Source: Candidatus Nomurabacteria bacterium (lineage in GTDB: Bacteria > Patescibacteriota > Minisyncoccia > Phycocordibacterales > UBA9973). Taken from it: a stretch of 64,000 nt of DNA. Under the pieces are notes generated by a model. It had not been told where the DNA came from. It was given only the letters and a program-made list of their open reading frames with translations, and did not search any database. Position 1 is the stretch's first letter; each line of letters begins with the position of its first letter. The stretch spans positions 239,507 to 303,506 of the forward strand of contig JAHFNS010000001.1 in assembly GCA_023267215.1 (NCBI GenBank), read 5' to 3'. Below are positions 1-10,594 of this stretch, in pieces. Position numbers and translations under genes: made by a program.

Positions 1-43
1 CAAAACCTAAAACACTCGACAATACAATTAATTTTTTCTTCAT
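1..43 (-). CDS. 5' end of a signal-peptide protein (probably another pilin), runs off the window
   Basis: ATG at 43 reads MKKKLIVLSSVLGF; it lies downstream of three pilin-like genes; TGaTATAAT-like promoter at ~111-119. Confidence 0.55.
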   Translation of the reverse strand, partial: MKKKLIVLSSVLGF

Positions 44-146
44 ATTTCTCTTATAAACTAATAATTAATAATAAAAAGCGACCTTATTTATAATACTTAA
101 TAATACTCAAATTATATCATAAAAAGAACAATAATAATACAAGTAT

Positions 147-860
147 CTACTGCTTTAAATGTGGAATTGCATACTCAATACCAAAAGTAGATCCTAATAT
201 CTTTACCAATCCCCAAACCCCAACCATCACCACCAAACCAATAATTCCCCAAATCATAAACTCTTTTCCCTTCTGTTTTTTTGCTTCTTCATCACTGTTG
301 ATGACATATTGTACAACTCCCCAGATAAACATAGCCACAGCCAAAGAAGCAATAAGAGGAATGATAGAACTATTTATAAGACAAGTCGCATAATTTAGTA
401 AGTCTCCTAGTTTTGGACTATTTGAGAGTATGCAACTAGCCGTATTAGTCGCCACGATCGAAGTGTTATTTTGCACAAAATTAGAAATAAGTATAGAACT
501 GTTAGGATCAAAACCAAAAGTATTAATAACAATCATTACAATACCTTCTAAAGCAAAGATAACAACAAAACCGATAATACCATATATCATTCTCATTTTT
601 CCTGCTTGTTTAGCTTCTTCTTCACTTGCAATAACATAAGTGACAATTCCCCAGATAAAATATACAACTCCCAAAACAATCATCACAGGAATAATTGTTT
701 TTAAAATAGAACCTATCTTACACAAAACATCTCCAATGGTCATAACTGTTGCACCACAAACTTTAGAAGTAGTATCCGGTGTCTGAGCAAAAGAGAATAA
801 AGGTAAAGTTAAAACAGTTAGAATAAAGATTATAAAAACAAATTTTTTAAAATATTTCAT
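147..860 (-). CDS. Pilin with two tandem TrbC/VirB2-like domains
   Basis: Signal peptide ending FSFAQ; two repeats of hydrophobic helix-FIWGxVxYVI-EEAK-GK-IxGIIG. Confidence 0.75.
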   Translation of the reverse strand: MKYFKKFVFIIFILTVLTLPLFSFAQTPDTTSKVCGATVMTIGDVLCKIGSILKTIIPVMIVLGVVYFIWGIVTYVIASEEEAKQAGKMRMIYGIIGFVVIFALEGIVMIVINTFGFDPNSSILISNFVQNNTSIVATNTASCILSNSPKLGDLLNYATCLINSSIIPLIASLAVAMFIWGVVQYVINSDEEAKKQKGKEFMIWGIIGLVVMVGVWGLVKILGSTFGIEYAIPHLKQ

Positions 861-875
861 AAACTGATTTTTAAT

Positions 876-1232
876 TTATAATGCTTTGACTGTATCCACT
901 ATTAATTGCGCAATAGCCCAAGAACCTAAGAGTATCCCCGCCCCTATCAAGGTATAAAGTAAAGCCTTCTTAGCCTCTCCTAATTTTTCTGAATTACCTT
1001 GCGCTGAGACAAAAAGAAAACCAGAATAGATGATAGCTAAAGTGATTATGGGCAAGCCTATCTTTAGAGCTCCTTCTAAAATGTTTTTAATAAGCTGATT
1101 TATTGTCTGTGAACTAATTGGGTTTACAACTTTTGTTTGTCCTGTAGCATCTTGTGCTAAAGAAACAACTGGTAAAATTAACATAAAAGCTATCAATACA
1201 ATAACAAACAGATTTTTACTCAAATTTTTCAT
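876..1232 (-). CDS. TrbC/VirB2-like pilin
   Basis: Signal peptide, NPI motif, IIYSGFLFVSAQGNSEKLGEAKK typical of CPR pilins. Confidence 0.8.
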   Translation of the reverse strand: MKNLSKNLFVIVLIAFMLILPVVSLAQDATGQTKVVNPISSQTINQLIKNILEGALKIGLPIITLAIIYSGFLFVSAQGNSEKLGEAKKALLYTLIGAGILLGSWAIAQLIVDTVKAL

Positions 1233-1241
1233 ATATTTATA

Positions 1242-2297
1242 TTATAACCCTTTTTCAAGTCCAAACCAATTCCAACCGACAGTATTATATTGAGCTATTA
1301 CCAATATGGTATGCACTATAACGAAAGCCCCTGCGACCAAAGCCAATCCAATAGCCACATTAACGAATATGCTTTTTGCTTTAGATTTCTTCTCAGTTGA
1401 ACCACCAGAAGTAAGAAGCTCAAAGCCAGCATAAGCAAACATTATGGCTGAAAGTGGCACAGCAATATTAACTAAAATAAATGTCACAATGTTGTTAATC
1501 AACTTTATGAAATCATCAAAACCACAAGGGTTTTTTATTACACCTTCCATATCTTTGCCATTTTTATCATGCATTTCTCCTTTTGCATATCTTAATGTCC
1601 CACATTGTACCAAATTAGAAGAACCTGATGTATCTGTATTATTTGCTGCATCAAGTTTGTCTATACATTCACCATCCACTAATACTTGAGTTGGTGTACA
1701 AGTAACTGGAACAGTTGTCGTTCCGTTTCCAGTACTAGCTGAAGAAGGCTTTTGTATCTCACAAGCACCTCCACTAGATAATGAGCAAGCAGGTGGTATA
1801 AGTGAAACAATTCCTCCATTCATCCCTCCTATATATGTATATGGGGTTATAAAATTTGATGTCATATCAAAACTTAATGTTTCGCCATAAAATTTCTCAT
1901 CTACCTTGTCGTTAAAATAACCAACTGCTCTAAAATAATAAGTCGAGAAAGCTTTAATTTCTTGACTAGTATAAAAAATAGCAGCTTCGTCTACTGTCGT
2001 TTTGAGTGTGCTAGGACGCTTGATTTCAATTGTCTTCTCTTTGCCAGCATCAAAATTATTATCATCTTTTCTATATTCAAAATAGGTAGTAAAATCTTTC
2101 TTATCAAAATTGTTAAAATAATCTCCTGTAAAAATAATTGTATTCAAATTTACAACAGAATATCCAAGTGTTTCAACAGTAATTATATTATCACTTGGAG
2201 TCTGGGCTAAAGTTTTGCTATGAGAACTAAAAAATAAAGTAAAACCAACAACCACAGCAAGCAAAATTAATAAATATTTTAAATTGAATTTTTTCAT
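1242..2297 (-). CDS. Pilin-like protein with N-terminal extracellular (FnIII-like) domain
   Basis: C-terminal YAGFELLTSGGSTEKKSKAK pilin motif; STYYFRAVG beta-rich N-terminal part; Cys-rich linker. Confidence 0.7.
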   Translation of the reverse strand: MKKFNLKYLLILLAVVVGFTLFFSSHSKTLAQTPSDNIITVETLGYSVVNLNTIIFTGDYFNNFDKKDFTTYFEYRKDDNNFDAGKEKTIEIKRPSTLKTTVDEAAIFYTSQEIKAFSTYYFRAVGYFNDKVDEKFYGETLSFDMTSNFITPYTYIGGMNGGIVSLIPPACSLSSGGACEIQKPSSASTGNGTTTVPVTCTPTQVLVDGECIDKLDAANNTDTSGSSNLVQCGTLRYAKGEMHDKNGKDMEGVIKNPCGFDDFIKLINNIVTFILVNIAVPLSAIMFAYAGFELLTSGGSTEKKSKAKSIFVNVAIGLALVAGAFVIVHTILVIAQYNTVGWNWFGLEKGL

Positions 2298-2319
2298 ATT
2301 TTTATAATTTAATCCCGAC

Positions 2320-3621
2320 CTATTGTGTCGGAATTAATAATAATCCCATTTTTGCATTTCCGTCACTCATTGCTTCTGTTTGAGACAGACTACCAGAGAG
2401 AACTTTTTCAACCATTCCGCGAAAAATATCATCACTCTCTTTTGGAGACGGATCAAGCCAACTTCTGGCATAAAAAGCAGAAGTATAAAAAGCTGGAGAA
2501 TATGCATCAGTGGGCATGGTTTTAATTAAATCTCGACGAGCTGGGGCTATACCTAAAGAAGTAGAAAACTTAGAGGCAAAATCACCGTTGGCTAAAAGAC
2601 CTGCTGTGGTGAAAGCTGTATTAAAATTTTTAGAAAAAGAAGAAATAGCAATACCAATCACGTGGGCAAAAGTAAGCTTTAAATTACTATCTTTAATCTG
2701 AGGCATAGAAGTAACTAAGAAATTTTGATTTGGATTTTTGTTAACTAAAGATTGGAGTTCACTGGCAAAACCAAAGTAAAATGCTAAATTCTCTGCTGAG
2801 AAAGCATCGCGAGAGCTAGAAAAAGATTTATTCCAAGAGTAAACATTCTTTAATGGATCAGCAAAATCTGTAAAAAATTTTAAGACTGAACTTAGATCAT
2901 ATTTTCCATTAGTTTGATTTAAAGATGAAGTAAAAAAACCATTTTTCTCTGTAACGATAGGACTTCCCGCTTGCATAAAAAGAGTGCTCAAAATATCTTT
3001 AGCATAAAAAACATTAGAAAATTGACCCATAGCCACAGCACTTTTTATAATAGCACCCTTATCATCTTTCTTAGTTAAAAGTGGAACGAGGTTGGAAAAT
3101 TCATTCCAATCAGCTGGAGGATAAGCAATTCCATTTGCATCAAGCATACTTCTGTTGTAATACATCATCAATGGATCAACAGCAATAGGAAGGGCCACGA
3201 TTCCCTTCTCTGTTAAAAATACTTCTCCGGCTCCAATAAAACTATTTTTGAAAGTATTAACTGGAAGACTTGCATAAGGAATAGTAAAAATTTTATTACT
3301 ATATTTAAAAGCTAAACTATCTGTTATAAAAAACATATCTGGACCCGTGCCTGAAGCTAGAGCTTCTAATAAATCATTATCAAAAGTATTTATCGGTTTT
3401 TCAACATATTTCAGAATAAGAGTTGGATTAGCACGGTTAAAGTCATCGATTAAAGGACCAAGGATCGAAGCTTTTTCTGTGCCCCATAAAACTACAGTCC
3501 CTTGGGCTCCTGGGTTAGAATTACCCCCAATAGGAATAACTCCTGAAAAAACTAAAACACCCAAAATAGCAGCAGCAACAAATATAATTAAAACTATAAC
3601 TTGAAAATTTCCCTTTTTCAT
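2320..3621 (-). CDS. Extracellular solute-binding protein (sugar-binding family 1)
   Basis: N-terminal TM, ALASGTGPD, ALPIAVDPLMMYYNRSML motifs. Confidence 0.8.
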   Translation of the reverse strand: MKKGNFQVIVLIIFVAAAILGVLVFSGVIPIGGNSNPGAQGTVVLWGTEKASILGPLIDDFNRANPTLILKYVEKPINTFDNDLLEALASGTGPDMFFITDSLAFKYSNKIFTIPYASLPVNTFKNSFIGAGEVFLTEKGIVALPIAVDPLMMYYNRSMLDANGIAYPPADWNEFSNLVPLLTKKDDKGAIIKSAVAMGQFSNVFYAKDILSTLFMQAGSPIVTEKNGFFTSSLNQTNGKYDLSSVLKFFTDFADPLKNVYSWNKSFSSSRDAFSAENLAFYFGFASELQSLVNKNPNQNFLVTSMPQIKDSNLKLTFAHVIGIAISSFSKNFNTAFTTAGLLANGDFASKFSTSLGIAPARRDLIKTMPTDAYSPAFYTSAFYARSWLDPSPKESDDIFRGMVEKVLSGSLSQTEAMSDGNAKMGLLLIPTQ

Positions 3622-4142
3622 TTCTTTTTAAATATTATACCATAATGATGCTTTCCTGCATCTATTTCTTTTTGCCAAATAAAACCTTTTTCTTCAAACA
3701 TTTCTTTAGCTTTATCATTTGAAATTATTTTATGAAAACTAGAAGAAACGGCAACAGAATTATCCATCCAATCAATAAGCAAGAGCTTGCCACTTGGTTT
3801 AAGAATTCTTTTTATTTCTTCTATAAATTTATCTTTATTTTCAACTTGAAAAAGAATATTTGAAGCAATGGCTACATCTACAATATTATCTTTCAACTTA
3901 GTTCCACCTATTTTTTCAACATCTCCACAAATACATTCTATATTCTCTAAATGATTTTCTCTAGCTTTATTTCTGATGGTAGTAATAAAATCTTTTTGTA
4001 TTTCAATAGCATACACTTTGCCTTTGGCAACCATCTTAGCAGCTGGAATAGAATAAAAACCAGATCCTGCACCCAAATCCGCCACAATCATATTTTCCCC
4101 TAAACCAAAGAATTTTAAATTTTTTACTGGATCAGTAAACAT
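3618..4142 (-). CDS. Class I SAM-dependent methyltransferase
   Basis: VADLGAGSG motif, RILKPSGKLLLIDW; start placed at MFTDP, 6 nt after TATAAT. Confidence 0.85.
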   Translation of the reverse strand: MFTDPVKNLKFFGLGENMIVADLGAGSGFYSIPAAKMVAKGKVYAIEIQKDFITTIRNKARENHLENIECICGDVEKIGGTKLKDNIVDVAIASNILFQVENKDKFIEEIKRILKPSGKLLLIDWMDNSVAVSSSFHKIISNDKAKEMFEEKGFIWQKEIDAGKHHYGIIFKKK

Positions 4143-4184
4143 GGATATATTATAGTATAAAAAAAACTTATCCACTACCCTTTC

Positions 4185-4205
4185 TGTCAAGGATGCCCCT
4201 TGACA
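4185..4205. repeat. REP-like hairpin copy 1
   Basis: TGTCAAGG-ATGCC-CCTTGACA immediately upstream of the RAYT gene. Confidence 0.85.
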
Positions 4206-4220
4206 TGCTATAATATCCTT

Positions 4221-4847
4221 ATGAAAAATAGAGACTATAAAGAATTTGCTTCTGGTAATATTCTGCATATTTATAACAGAGGCAATAATAAAGAAAAAAT
4301 ATTTTTTGATGAACAAGATTATAGAGCTTTTCTTTTTAGATTAGGACTTTGTTTGGGATTTACAGAAGAAGAATTAAATAAAGAAAAATTAATTGCTATG
4401 CCCTATTCAAGAATTAGGATTACTGATACAGATAAAAAAGATTTTACACTCCATGCTTTTTGTTTACTGCCAAACCATTTCCATTTATTAATAGAACAAA
4501 ATAAAGATATCCAAGTTTCAAAAATAATTTCTAAATTATGTACAAGTTATGCCATGTATTTGAATAAAAAACATAAAAGAGTTGGGCATGTTTTTCAAGA
4601 TCAATTTAAAGCAGTACTCGTCGAAGATGATCCACAACTGATGTGGACTTCTGCTTATATTCATATGAATCCAGTAAAAGATAAATTGGTAAAGAAACCT
4701 GAAGATTATAAATGGAGCAGTTATAATGATTTTGCATCTGATAGAAATTTACCAATAGTTAGTAAAGAACTATTAATAGAAACTTTTGGTGATCAAAAAA
4801 GTTTAATAAAAGAAACGTTAAATTTTAAGGTTAAAACAGAAATCTAG
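4221..4847 (+). mobile_element. REP-associated tyrosine transposase (RAYT, Y1/IS200-like HUH)
   Basis: HIYNRGNNKEKIF, NHFHLL (HUH), YIHMNPV, YKWSSY; flanked by inverted REP-like hairpins. Confidence 0.9.
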
Positions 4848-4866
4848 TCAAGGGGCATCCTTGACA
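4846..4866. repeat. REP-like hairpin copy 2 (inverted)
   Basis: AGTCAAGGGGCATCCTTGACA is the reverse complement of copy 1 at 20/21 nt and overlaps the RAYT stop. Confidence 0.85.
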
Positions 4867-4869
4867 TCT

Positions 4870-5781
4870 TTATTTTATCAAATTTATTGGCTTGTCTTTT
4901 AAATAAGCCTCAATATTATCTATCATCATTTTACTTCCCTTTCTGTCTGTTGTATCTGTATTATAAGAAATATGAGGTGTTGCCAAAACTTTTGGATGCT
5001 TGGCAAATTTCATATAAGATAAATCTAAAACATCACCATTCTGAATTGATCCACAATCATTGGCAACCCCTGCTAAAATATTTTTATCTAATGCTTCTAA
5101 AATTGCATTAGTATCATGCATTTGTATGCTCGTAATGGTTATAAAATAAGCACCTTTTTTAAAAGAATTAAAAAATTGTTTGTCTAAAAGTCCTGTCGTT
5201 TCTTTGTTTAAAGATAGAGTATTAACTACTACATCTGCATTTTTTATAGACTCTACCAAATCGTCATTTCTAATAAAATATTTAACATTCATCCCAAAAT
5301 CTTCACAAATTTTACCAACCTGTAAACCAATATTGCCTTTACCTAAAATGGTGATATTTTTACCAACCAAACCTTTGGTTCTTTCAGGAGTAACTCCTAC
5401 GGGTAAACTTAGATTATTAACATAATTTAGTAAATCTCTAAATAAATTAAGAACCATTGCTATTACCCATTCACTCACAGCTTCACTATTACAACCAGGA
5501 GCTCTTGCTACCAAAATATTTTTTTCTTTTAACTTTTCTAGGTTTAAAAAACCAACTCCAACAATCGGACAAGAAAAAAATTTATTTTCTAGTTCATATA
5601 ATTTTTCAGAAGCAAAACCAAAACGTCCAGTACAAATAATATCTGCATCTTTACACCTACTAAACCATTCATCCAACGTGGTAGATAAATTTTCATAATA
5701 AATAACTTCTCCTAATTTATTTAATCTTTCTCTTTCTTCTTTATTTAACCCCAAATCTTGTGTAACTACTATTTTAGACAT
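4870..5781 (-). CDS. D-isomer specific 2-hydroxyacid dehydrogenase
   Basis: NSEAVSE, GKNITILGKGNIG, ATPHISY. Confidence 0.85.
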   Translation of the reverse strand: MSKIVVTQDLGLNKEERERLNKLGEVIYYENLSTTLDEWFSRCKDADIICTGRFGFASEKLYELENKFFSCPIVGVGFLNLEKLKEKNILVARAPGCNSEAVSEWVIAMVLNLFRDLLNYVNNLSLPVGVTPERTKGLVGKNITILGKGNIGLQVGKICEDFGMNVKYFIRNDDLVESIKNADVVVNTLSLNKETTGLLDKQFFNSFKKGAYFITITSIQMHDTNAILEALDKNILAGVANDCGSIQNGDVLDLSYMKFAKHPKVLATPHISYNTDTTDRKGSKMMIDNIEAYLKDKPINLIK

Positions 5782-5804
5782 AAAAATATTTAAATCCTCT
5801 TAAA

Positions 5805-5825
5805 TGTCAAGGATGCCCCTTGACA
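5805..5825. repeat. REP-like hairpin copy 3
   Basis: Identical to 4185-4205; lies just after the gyrA stop. Confidence 0.85.
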
Positions 5826-5828
5826 TAT

Positions 5829-8282
5829 TTACATACAAGTCAGAGAAGCTATGCCGTCGCCAGCACGAAGACGCATTATTGTCACACCTTGAGTTTGTCT
5901 ACCAAGAGAGGAAATGTCTTTCAAAGCTGTCCTTATAACTTGACCTTTTTTGGACATTGCAATCAATTCTTCTTCTTCTCCTGTCACTACTTTCGCAACA
6001 ATAAGCTTACCCGTTTTAGGTGTTACTTTTGCCGTTTTAATACCAGAACCTCCTCTCTTTTGAACTTTGTATTCTTTAAGAGAAGTTTTCTTACCGAAGC
6101 CGTTTGCACTCATCGTCAAAAATGCACCATCTTTATTTTCTTTTTTCACAACATCCACACCGATAACAGCGTCTCCCTTACCGAGCTTAATTCCACGGAC
6201 ACCTCCTGCTGTTCTGCCCATTTCTCTAATATCAGATTCTTTAAATCTGATAGATTGTCCACCTTCTGTCGCCACCATCACTTCATCACCTTTCTCTATA
6301 ATGAGTGCTGAAACGAGACTGTCACCTTTATCTAGCCGAATAGCGATAATGCCACTTCTTCTGACATCTTTAAATCCTTCCCCAGACATTTTTTTAGCTG
6401 TGCCATCTTTAGTAGTTAAAATAAGGGAAATAGGAGATTTTTTCAATTCTTTTGGCATTGGTAAAATTGAAGTCACTTTCTCATCATTGTTGAGAGATAA
6501 GAAATTCATAATTGATTTACCTTTTGTCGCACGACGACCTTCTGGTATGTCATACATTTTCATTTGATATGCTTTTCCTAAGTTGGTGAAGAAAAGAAGA
6601 TCGCTGTGCGTAGAACCAGAAGCAAGCATCGTGACGAAATCTTCTTCTTTAGTTTCGAGGTCAACGACACCGACCCCCCCTCTTTTCTGAGAATGATATT
6701 CTGAAGGGTCAGTACGTTTGACATATCCACCTGCGGTGAAGACAAGCATCGTTTCTTTATCTGGAATTAAATCTTCATCAGAAATTTCTTTATTACCACC
6801 TTTGACAATTTTCGTCCTACGTTCGTCTGCATATTTTTCACGAATTTCTTTCAACTCAGAAGAAATAACACCTAAAATTTTCTTTGGTGATGCCAGAAGC
6901 TCCTTTGTTTCCTTGATGAATTTTTGTTTTTCGGCAAGTTCATTTTCTACTGCTTTTCTCTCAAGTCCGGCAAGTTTCTGTAATCTCATTTCCAAAATTG
7001 CTATCGTCTGCAATTCTGAAAACTTAAATTCTTTCATCAAATTAAACTTTGCGACTTGTCCATCTTTAGACCCACGGATGACAGTGATGACACGATCAAT
7101 TTTATCCAGTGCTTTTTTCAAGCCAAGTAAAATGTGTTCGCGTTCTTCTGCTTTTTTCAAATCATAAATATTTCTTCTTTTTACGACATCCTTTCTGTGT
7201 GTAATAAATAAAGCAAGAATTGATTTTAATGAGAGAGTCTCTGGGACACCATCTACTAGTGCCACAACATTAAAATTAAAATTGGATTCAAGTTGTGTAT
7301 TTTTATAAATATAATTTAAAATCTTTTCTGGTACAGCCGTATTTTTTAAATCAATGACTATTCTAATATCTTTGGTGGATTCGTCTCGCAAACCTTTTAT
7401 ACCATCAAGTTTTTTTTCTTGAACTAATTCTGCAATAGCCATTATTAAATTTGCTTTATTTACTCGATAAGGAATCGAAGTGATTATTATTTGAAATCCA
7501 CCTTTTTGTTCTATTATTTCAGCTTCACCACGACAAACAACCCCGCCCCGTCCTGTGCCATAAGCATGTAGCATGTCTTTGTAATTGTAGGCTATACCAC
7601 CAGTCGGAAAGTCAGGTCCTTTAACAAATTGCATCAAATCTTCGGTAGTAGCATCTTCATTTTCAATTAAATAATTAGTAGCATCTAACACTTCAGCTAG
7701 ATTGTGTGGAGGAATATTTGTGGCCATACCAACAGCAATACCAAGAGTACCGTTTAAAAGAAGAGATGGAACAGCTGAAGGTAAAACAACTGGTTCTGTT
7801 CTAGTCTGATCATAGTTGGGACGAAAGTCTACAGTTTCCTTTTCTAAATCTTGTAAAAGTAAAGAAGAAATTTTTGACATTTTTGCCTCTGTGTAACGCA
7901 TAGCAGCCGCACTATCTCCGTCAATTGAACCGAAATTTCCTTGTCCTAAAATTAAAGGATAACGATAAGAGAATTCTTGCGCCATACCAACCATGGTGTC
8001 ATAAACTGCCACATCTCCATGTGGATGATATTTTCCAAGCACATCTCCTACTATCGCTGCAGATTTTCGAAAACGAGCTGTTGAAGAGAGCCCCATTTCA
8101 TTCATACCAAATAAAATTTTACGATGCACTGGTTTCAATCCATCTCTAATATCTGGTAAAGCGCGCGAAGTAATGACAGACATAGCGTATGCCAAATAAG
8201 ATTCTTTCATTTCGGATACTACATCGACTGAAATTACTCCTTCTTTTCTTATTTCTATTATTTCCTTTTCTTTTTTTGCCAT
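5829..8282 (-). CDS. gyrA: DNA gyrase subunit A
   Basis: [28 protein letters not shown], GyrA-box QKRGGVG. Confidence 0.97.
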   Translation of the reverse strand: MAKKEKEIIEIRKEGVISVDVVSEMKESYLAYAMSVITSRALPDIRDGLKPVHRKILFGMNEMGLSSTARFRKSAAIVGDVLGKYHPHGDVAVYDTMVGMAQEFSYRYPLILGQGNFGSIDGDSAAAMRYTEAKMSKISSLLLQDLEKETVDFRPNYDQTRTEPVVLPSAVPSLLLNGTLGIAVGMATNIPPHNLAEVLDATNYLIENEDATTEDLMQFVKGPDFPTGGIAYNYKDMLHAYGTGRGGVVCRGEAEIIEQKGGFQIIITSIPYRVNKANLIMAIAELVQEKKLDGIKGLRDESTKDIRIVIDLKNTAVPEKILNYIYKNTQLESNFNFNVVALVDGVPETLSLKSILALFITHRKDVVKRRNIYDLKKAEEREHILLGLKKALDKIDRVITVIRGSKDGQVAKFNLMKEFKFSELQTIAILEMRLQKLAGLERKAVENELAEKQKFIKETKELLASPKKILGVISSELKEIREKYADERRTKIVKGGNKEISDEDLIPDKETMLVFTAGGYVKRTDPSEYHSQKRGGVGVVDLETKEEDFVTMLASGSTHSDLLFFTNLGKAYQMKMYDIPEGRRATKGKSIMNFLSLNNDEKVTSILPMPKELKKSPISLILTTKDGTAKKMSGEGFKDVRRSGIIAIRLDKGDSLVSALIIEKGDEVMVATEGGQSIRFKESDIREMGRTAGGVRGIKLGKGDAVIGVDVVKKENKDGAFLTMSANGFGKKTSLKEYKVQKRGGSGIKTAKVTPKTGKLIVAKVVTGEEEELIAMSKKGQVIRTALKDISSLGRQTQGVTIMRLRAGDGIASLTCM

Positions 8283-8488
8283 TATTTTGTGATACTATCT
8301 TTTAATACTGAAAATGGTTTTAAATCTTCTTTCATTTTTGTTTGTGTGTCGGAATCTGATAACTTTTTACTCAAACTAACAACCCATAAAATTATCATAA
8401 AAATAACCAGAATAAACATAACAATATACAAAACATGTCTTCTTGTTTCTTCAGGTTGTCTTCTTAAATTATGAATTATTTTCCTCAT
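8282..8488 (-). CDS. Small single-TM hypothetical protein
   Basis: Translationally coupled to gyrA; one TM helix. Confidence 0.65.
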   Translation of the reverse strand: MRKIIHNLRRQPEETRRHVLYIVMFILVIFMIILWVVSLSKKLSDSDTQTKMKEDLKPFSVLKDSITK

Positions 8489-8492
8489 CTTG

Positions 8493-9137
8493 TTATATCG
8501 TTTTTAATACAATAACTTCTCCTTCTTTGCCATCTAAATCTTTTAATTTAAGTGTTAACTTATCTACTTTTTCAGCCTTTTCTTCACCCATTTCTTTTAG
8601 GAATATTTGTAAAGATTTTTCATCATAACTCATAGGTATAATCAATTTTGATTCGAACAACAAGGCAAGCTTTGCAGCTTCTTTGGGATCAATTAAGCTT
8701 ACTTCTTTAGAATAATTTTTCCCACCAATTGGAACAAAAAGAATATCTGGACTATCTATCACCTCTTGGGCTTCTTTGGAAAGTTCAGGATTTGATAATG
8801 CACCCAAAAATGCAACTTTAATATTATCTAATGTAAACGAATAAATAGTATTAATATAATTTTCATTAGAAACTAAAGCATTTGACATCGCACCTTTAAT
8901 AAAAATTTCTTTCACTTCGTAATCTCCAGGACCAGAAATGACAAATGGCATGCGCTCACCATGAGAAAGCTGTTCTACTCCATTATACAAAGAATGATTG
9001 GTAGTCACCAATGCAATATCCGCACCAAAATGTGAAGAAACATCAGATTTTGCATTTTTACTAACAGGATTAAAAGCAAGGACCATGTCCCCTTGTGTCA
9101 TCTTAAAAAATTGTTCACCAAAATATGTGATTATCAT
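8493..9137 (-). CDS. Metallo-beta-lactamase-fold protein (degenerate metal motifs)
   Basis: MIITYFG start, ISGPGDYEVK, DILFVPIGG, IIPMSY. Confidence 0.75.
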   Translation of the reverse strand: MIITYFGEQFFKMTQGDMVLAFNPVSKNAKSDVSSHFGADIALVTTNHSLYNGVEQLSHGERMPFVISGPGDYEVKEIFIKGAMSNALVSNENYINTIYSFTLDNIKVAFLGALSNPELSKEAQEVIDSPDILFVPIGGKNYSKEVSLIDPKEAAKLALLFESKLIIPMSYDEKSLQIFLKEMGEEKAEKVDKLTLKLKDLDGKEGEVIVLKTI

Positions 9138-9176
9138 TGTATCTATTATACCAAATAAGGATAGAAAAACAAATAT

Positions 9177-9280
9177 CCTCACCCCTTAATCCCCTCTCCA
9201 AGCAAGCTTAGAGAGGGGAAAAATACGTGAGCACCCCCTCTCTAAAATTTTAATTTTGGAGAGGGGGCAGGGGGGTGAGG
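9177..9280. repeat. Inverted doublet of the GC-rich CCTCACCCC/CCCCTCTCC palindromic element
   Basis: CCTCACCCC..CCCCTCTC-loop-GAGAGGGG (9177-9219) and CCCCCTCTC-loop-GAGAGGGGGCAGGGGGGTGAGG (9234-9280). Confidence 0.8.
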
Positions 9281-9420
9281 AGGTTGCATTTTTTAATTTT
9301 TTGTATTAATATAAACCCTAATATATTAAAAGCATGGATTTAGGGTAACCTTTCGATTTCGGTCGAAAAACCTAAGCCTTATATCCGCTTTAGGGCGGAT
9401 TTTTAATTTTAAGTAACATT

Positions 9421-10500
9421 ATGAAAAAAGAAGAAATTATAGATGAAAATTTAGTTTTAAAATCTATTGTTGATCGCAGTAAAGATAAACCAGAAGTAGA
9501 TTCACTCGTAGAAGGCCCAGTTATTTTGGTTGAAAAATCATCAGTCTTTGTTGATTTATCTCCCTTTGGAACAGGTATTATTTACGGACGTGAATTTATT
9601 AATGCTAAAGATATTATCAAAAAGATAAGCCTTGGTGATATCATCAAAGCAAAAGTTGTTGAGAAAGAAAATGAAAATGGTTATACAGAACTTTCTCTTA
9701 AAGAAGCCAAACAAGCGCTCACTTGGAGTGAAGCTGAAAAAGCTATCAAGGCAAAAACTGTCTTGGATTTGGAAATAAAAGATGCAAATAAAGGAGGACT
9801 TATCCTAGAATGGCAAGGAATACAAGGATTTTTACCAGCTTCTCAACTTAAAGCTGATCACTATCCTCGAGTACTTGATTCAGATAAAGATAAAATATTA
9901 AAAGAATTGAAAAAACTTGTAGGTGAAAAAATTTCTGTCATGATTATTTCTACTCTTCCTAAAGAAGGTAAATTAATCTTCTCAGAGAAAGATAATAATC
10001 CTGAAGAGAAAAAAGAAATATTAAGCAAATATACTGTCGGCGATGAATTGAATTGTACTGTCGCTGGACTAGTTGATTTTGGAGTATTCTTGAAATTAGA
10101 AGATGGATTGGAAGGTCTTGTGCATATTTCTGAACTTGATTGGGGTCTAGTAGATGATCCTAGAACCATGTTTAAAGTAGGAGATGCTATAAAAGCTAAA
10201 GTAATCGAAATAAAAGATGGTAAAATTTCTCTTTCAATCAAAGCTCTTAAAGAAAATCCCTGGACAGAATTCGAAGGCAAATTGAAAAAGGGTGACATTA
10301 TCAAAGGTGTTGTTATTAAATACAACAAACATGGCGCTCTTATTTCTATCAAGGAAGGAGTGGCTGGACTTGTACATAATTCAACTTTTGGTGGAGAATT
10401 AAAACTACGTGAAAAACTAGAACTTGGAAAAACTTATAATTTCCAGATTACTCTCTTTGAACCTAAAGAGCATAAGATGACTTTGATACATCTAGAATAA
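9421..10500 (+). CDS. rpsA: 30S ribosomal protein S1 (four S1 domains)
   Basis: Repeated S1 motifs: GFLPASQL, DFGVFLKL, EGLVHISEL, KISLSIK. Confidence 0.9.
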   Translation: MKKEEIIDENLVLKSIVDRSKDKPEVDSLVEGPVILVEKSSVFVDLSPFGTGIIYGREFINAKDIIKKISLGDIIKAKVVEKENENGYTELSLKEAKQALTWSEAEKAIKAKTVLDLEIKDANKGGLILEWQGIQGFLPASQLKADHYPRVLDSDKDKILKELKKLVGEKISVMIISTLPKEGKLIFSEKDNNPEEKKEILSKYTVGDELNCTVAGLVDFGVFLKLEDGLEGLVHISELDWGLVDDPRTMFKVGDAIKAKVIEIKDGKISLSIKALKENPWTEFEGKLKKGDIIKGVVIKYNKHGALISIKEGVAGLVHNSTFGGELKLREKLELGKTYNFQITLFEPKEHKMTLIHLE

Positions 10501-10594
10501 AATAAAAAAGATACTTTTTTGGCATACGCAATATTAGTTTCGTGAACCATTGTCAGGTTCAAGTGCGAGCCGTGAAAAAGTATCTTTTTTATTT
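10501..10594. terminator. Long intergenic hairpin between convergent genes
   Basis: AAAAAAGATACTTTTT/AAAAAGTATCTTTTTT outer stem with inner GC-containing stems. Confidence 0.6.

Noticed and set aside
10530-10565. Hammerhead ribozyme (minus strand CTGACAA...GAAAC) or SRP RNA
   Set aside because: The core needs CUGANGA and three stems, which I could not build; no SRP GGAA-loop/AGCAG signature
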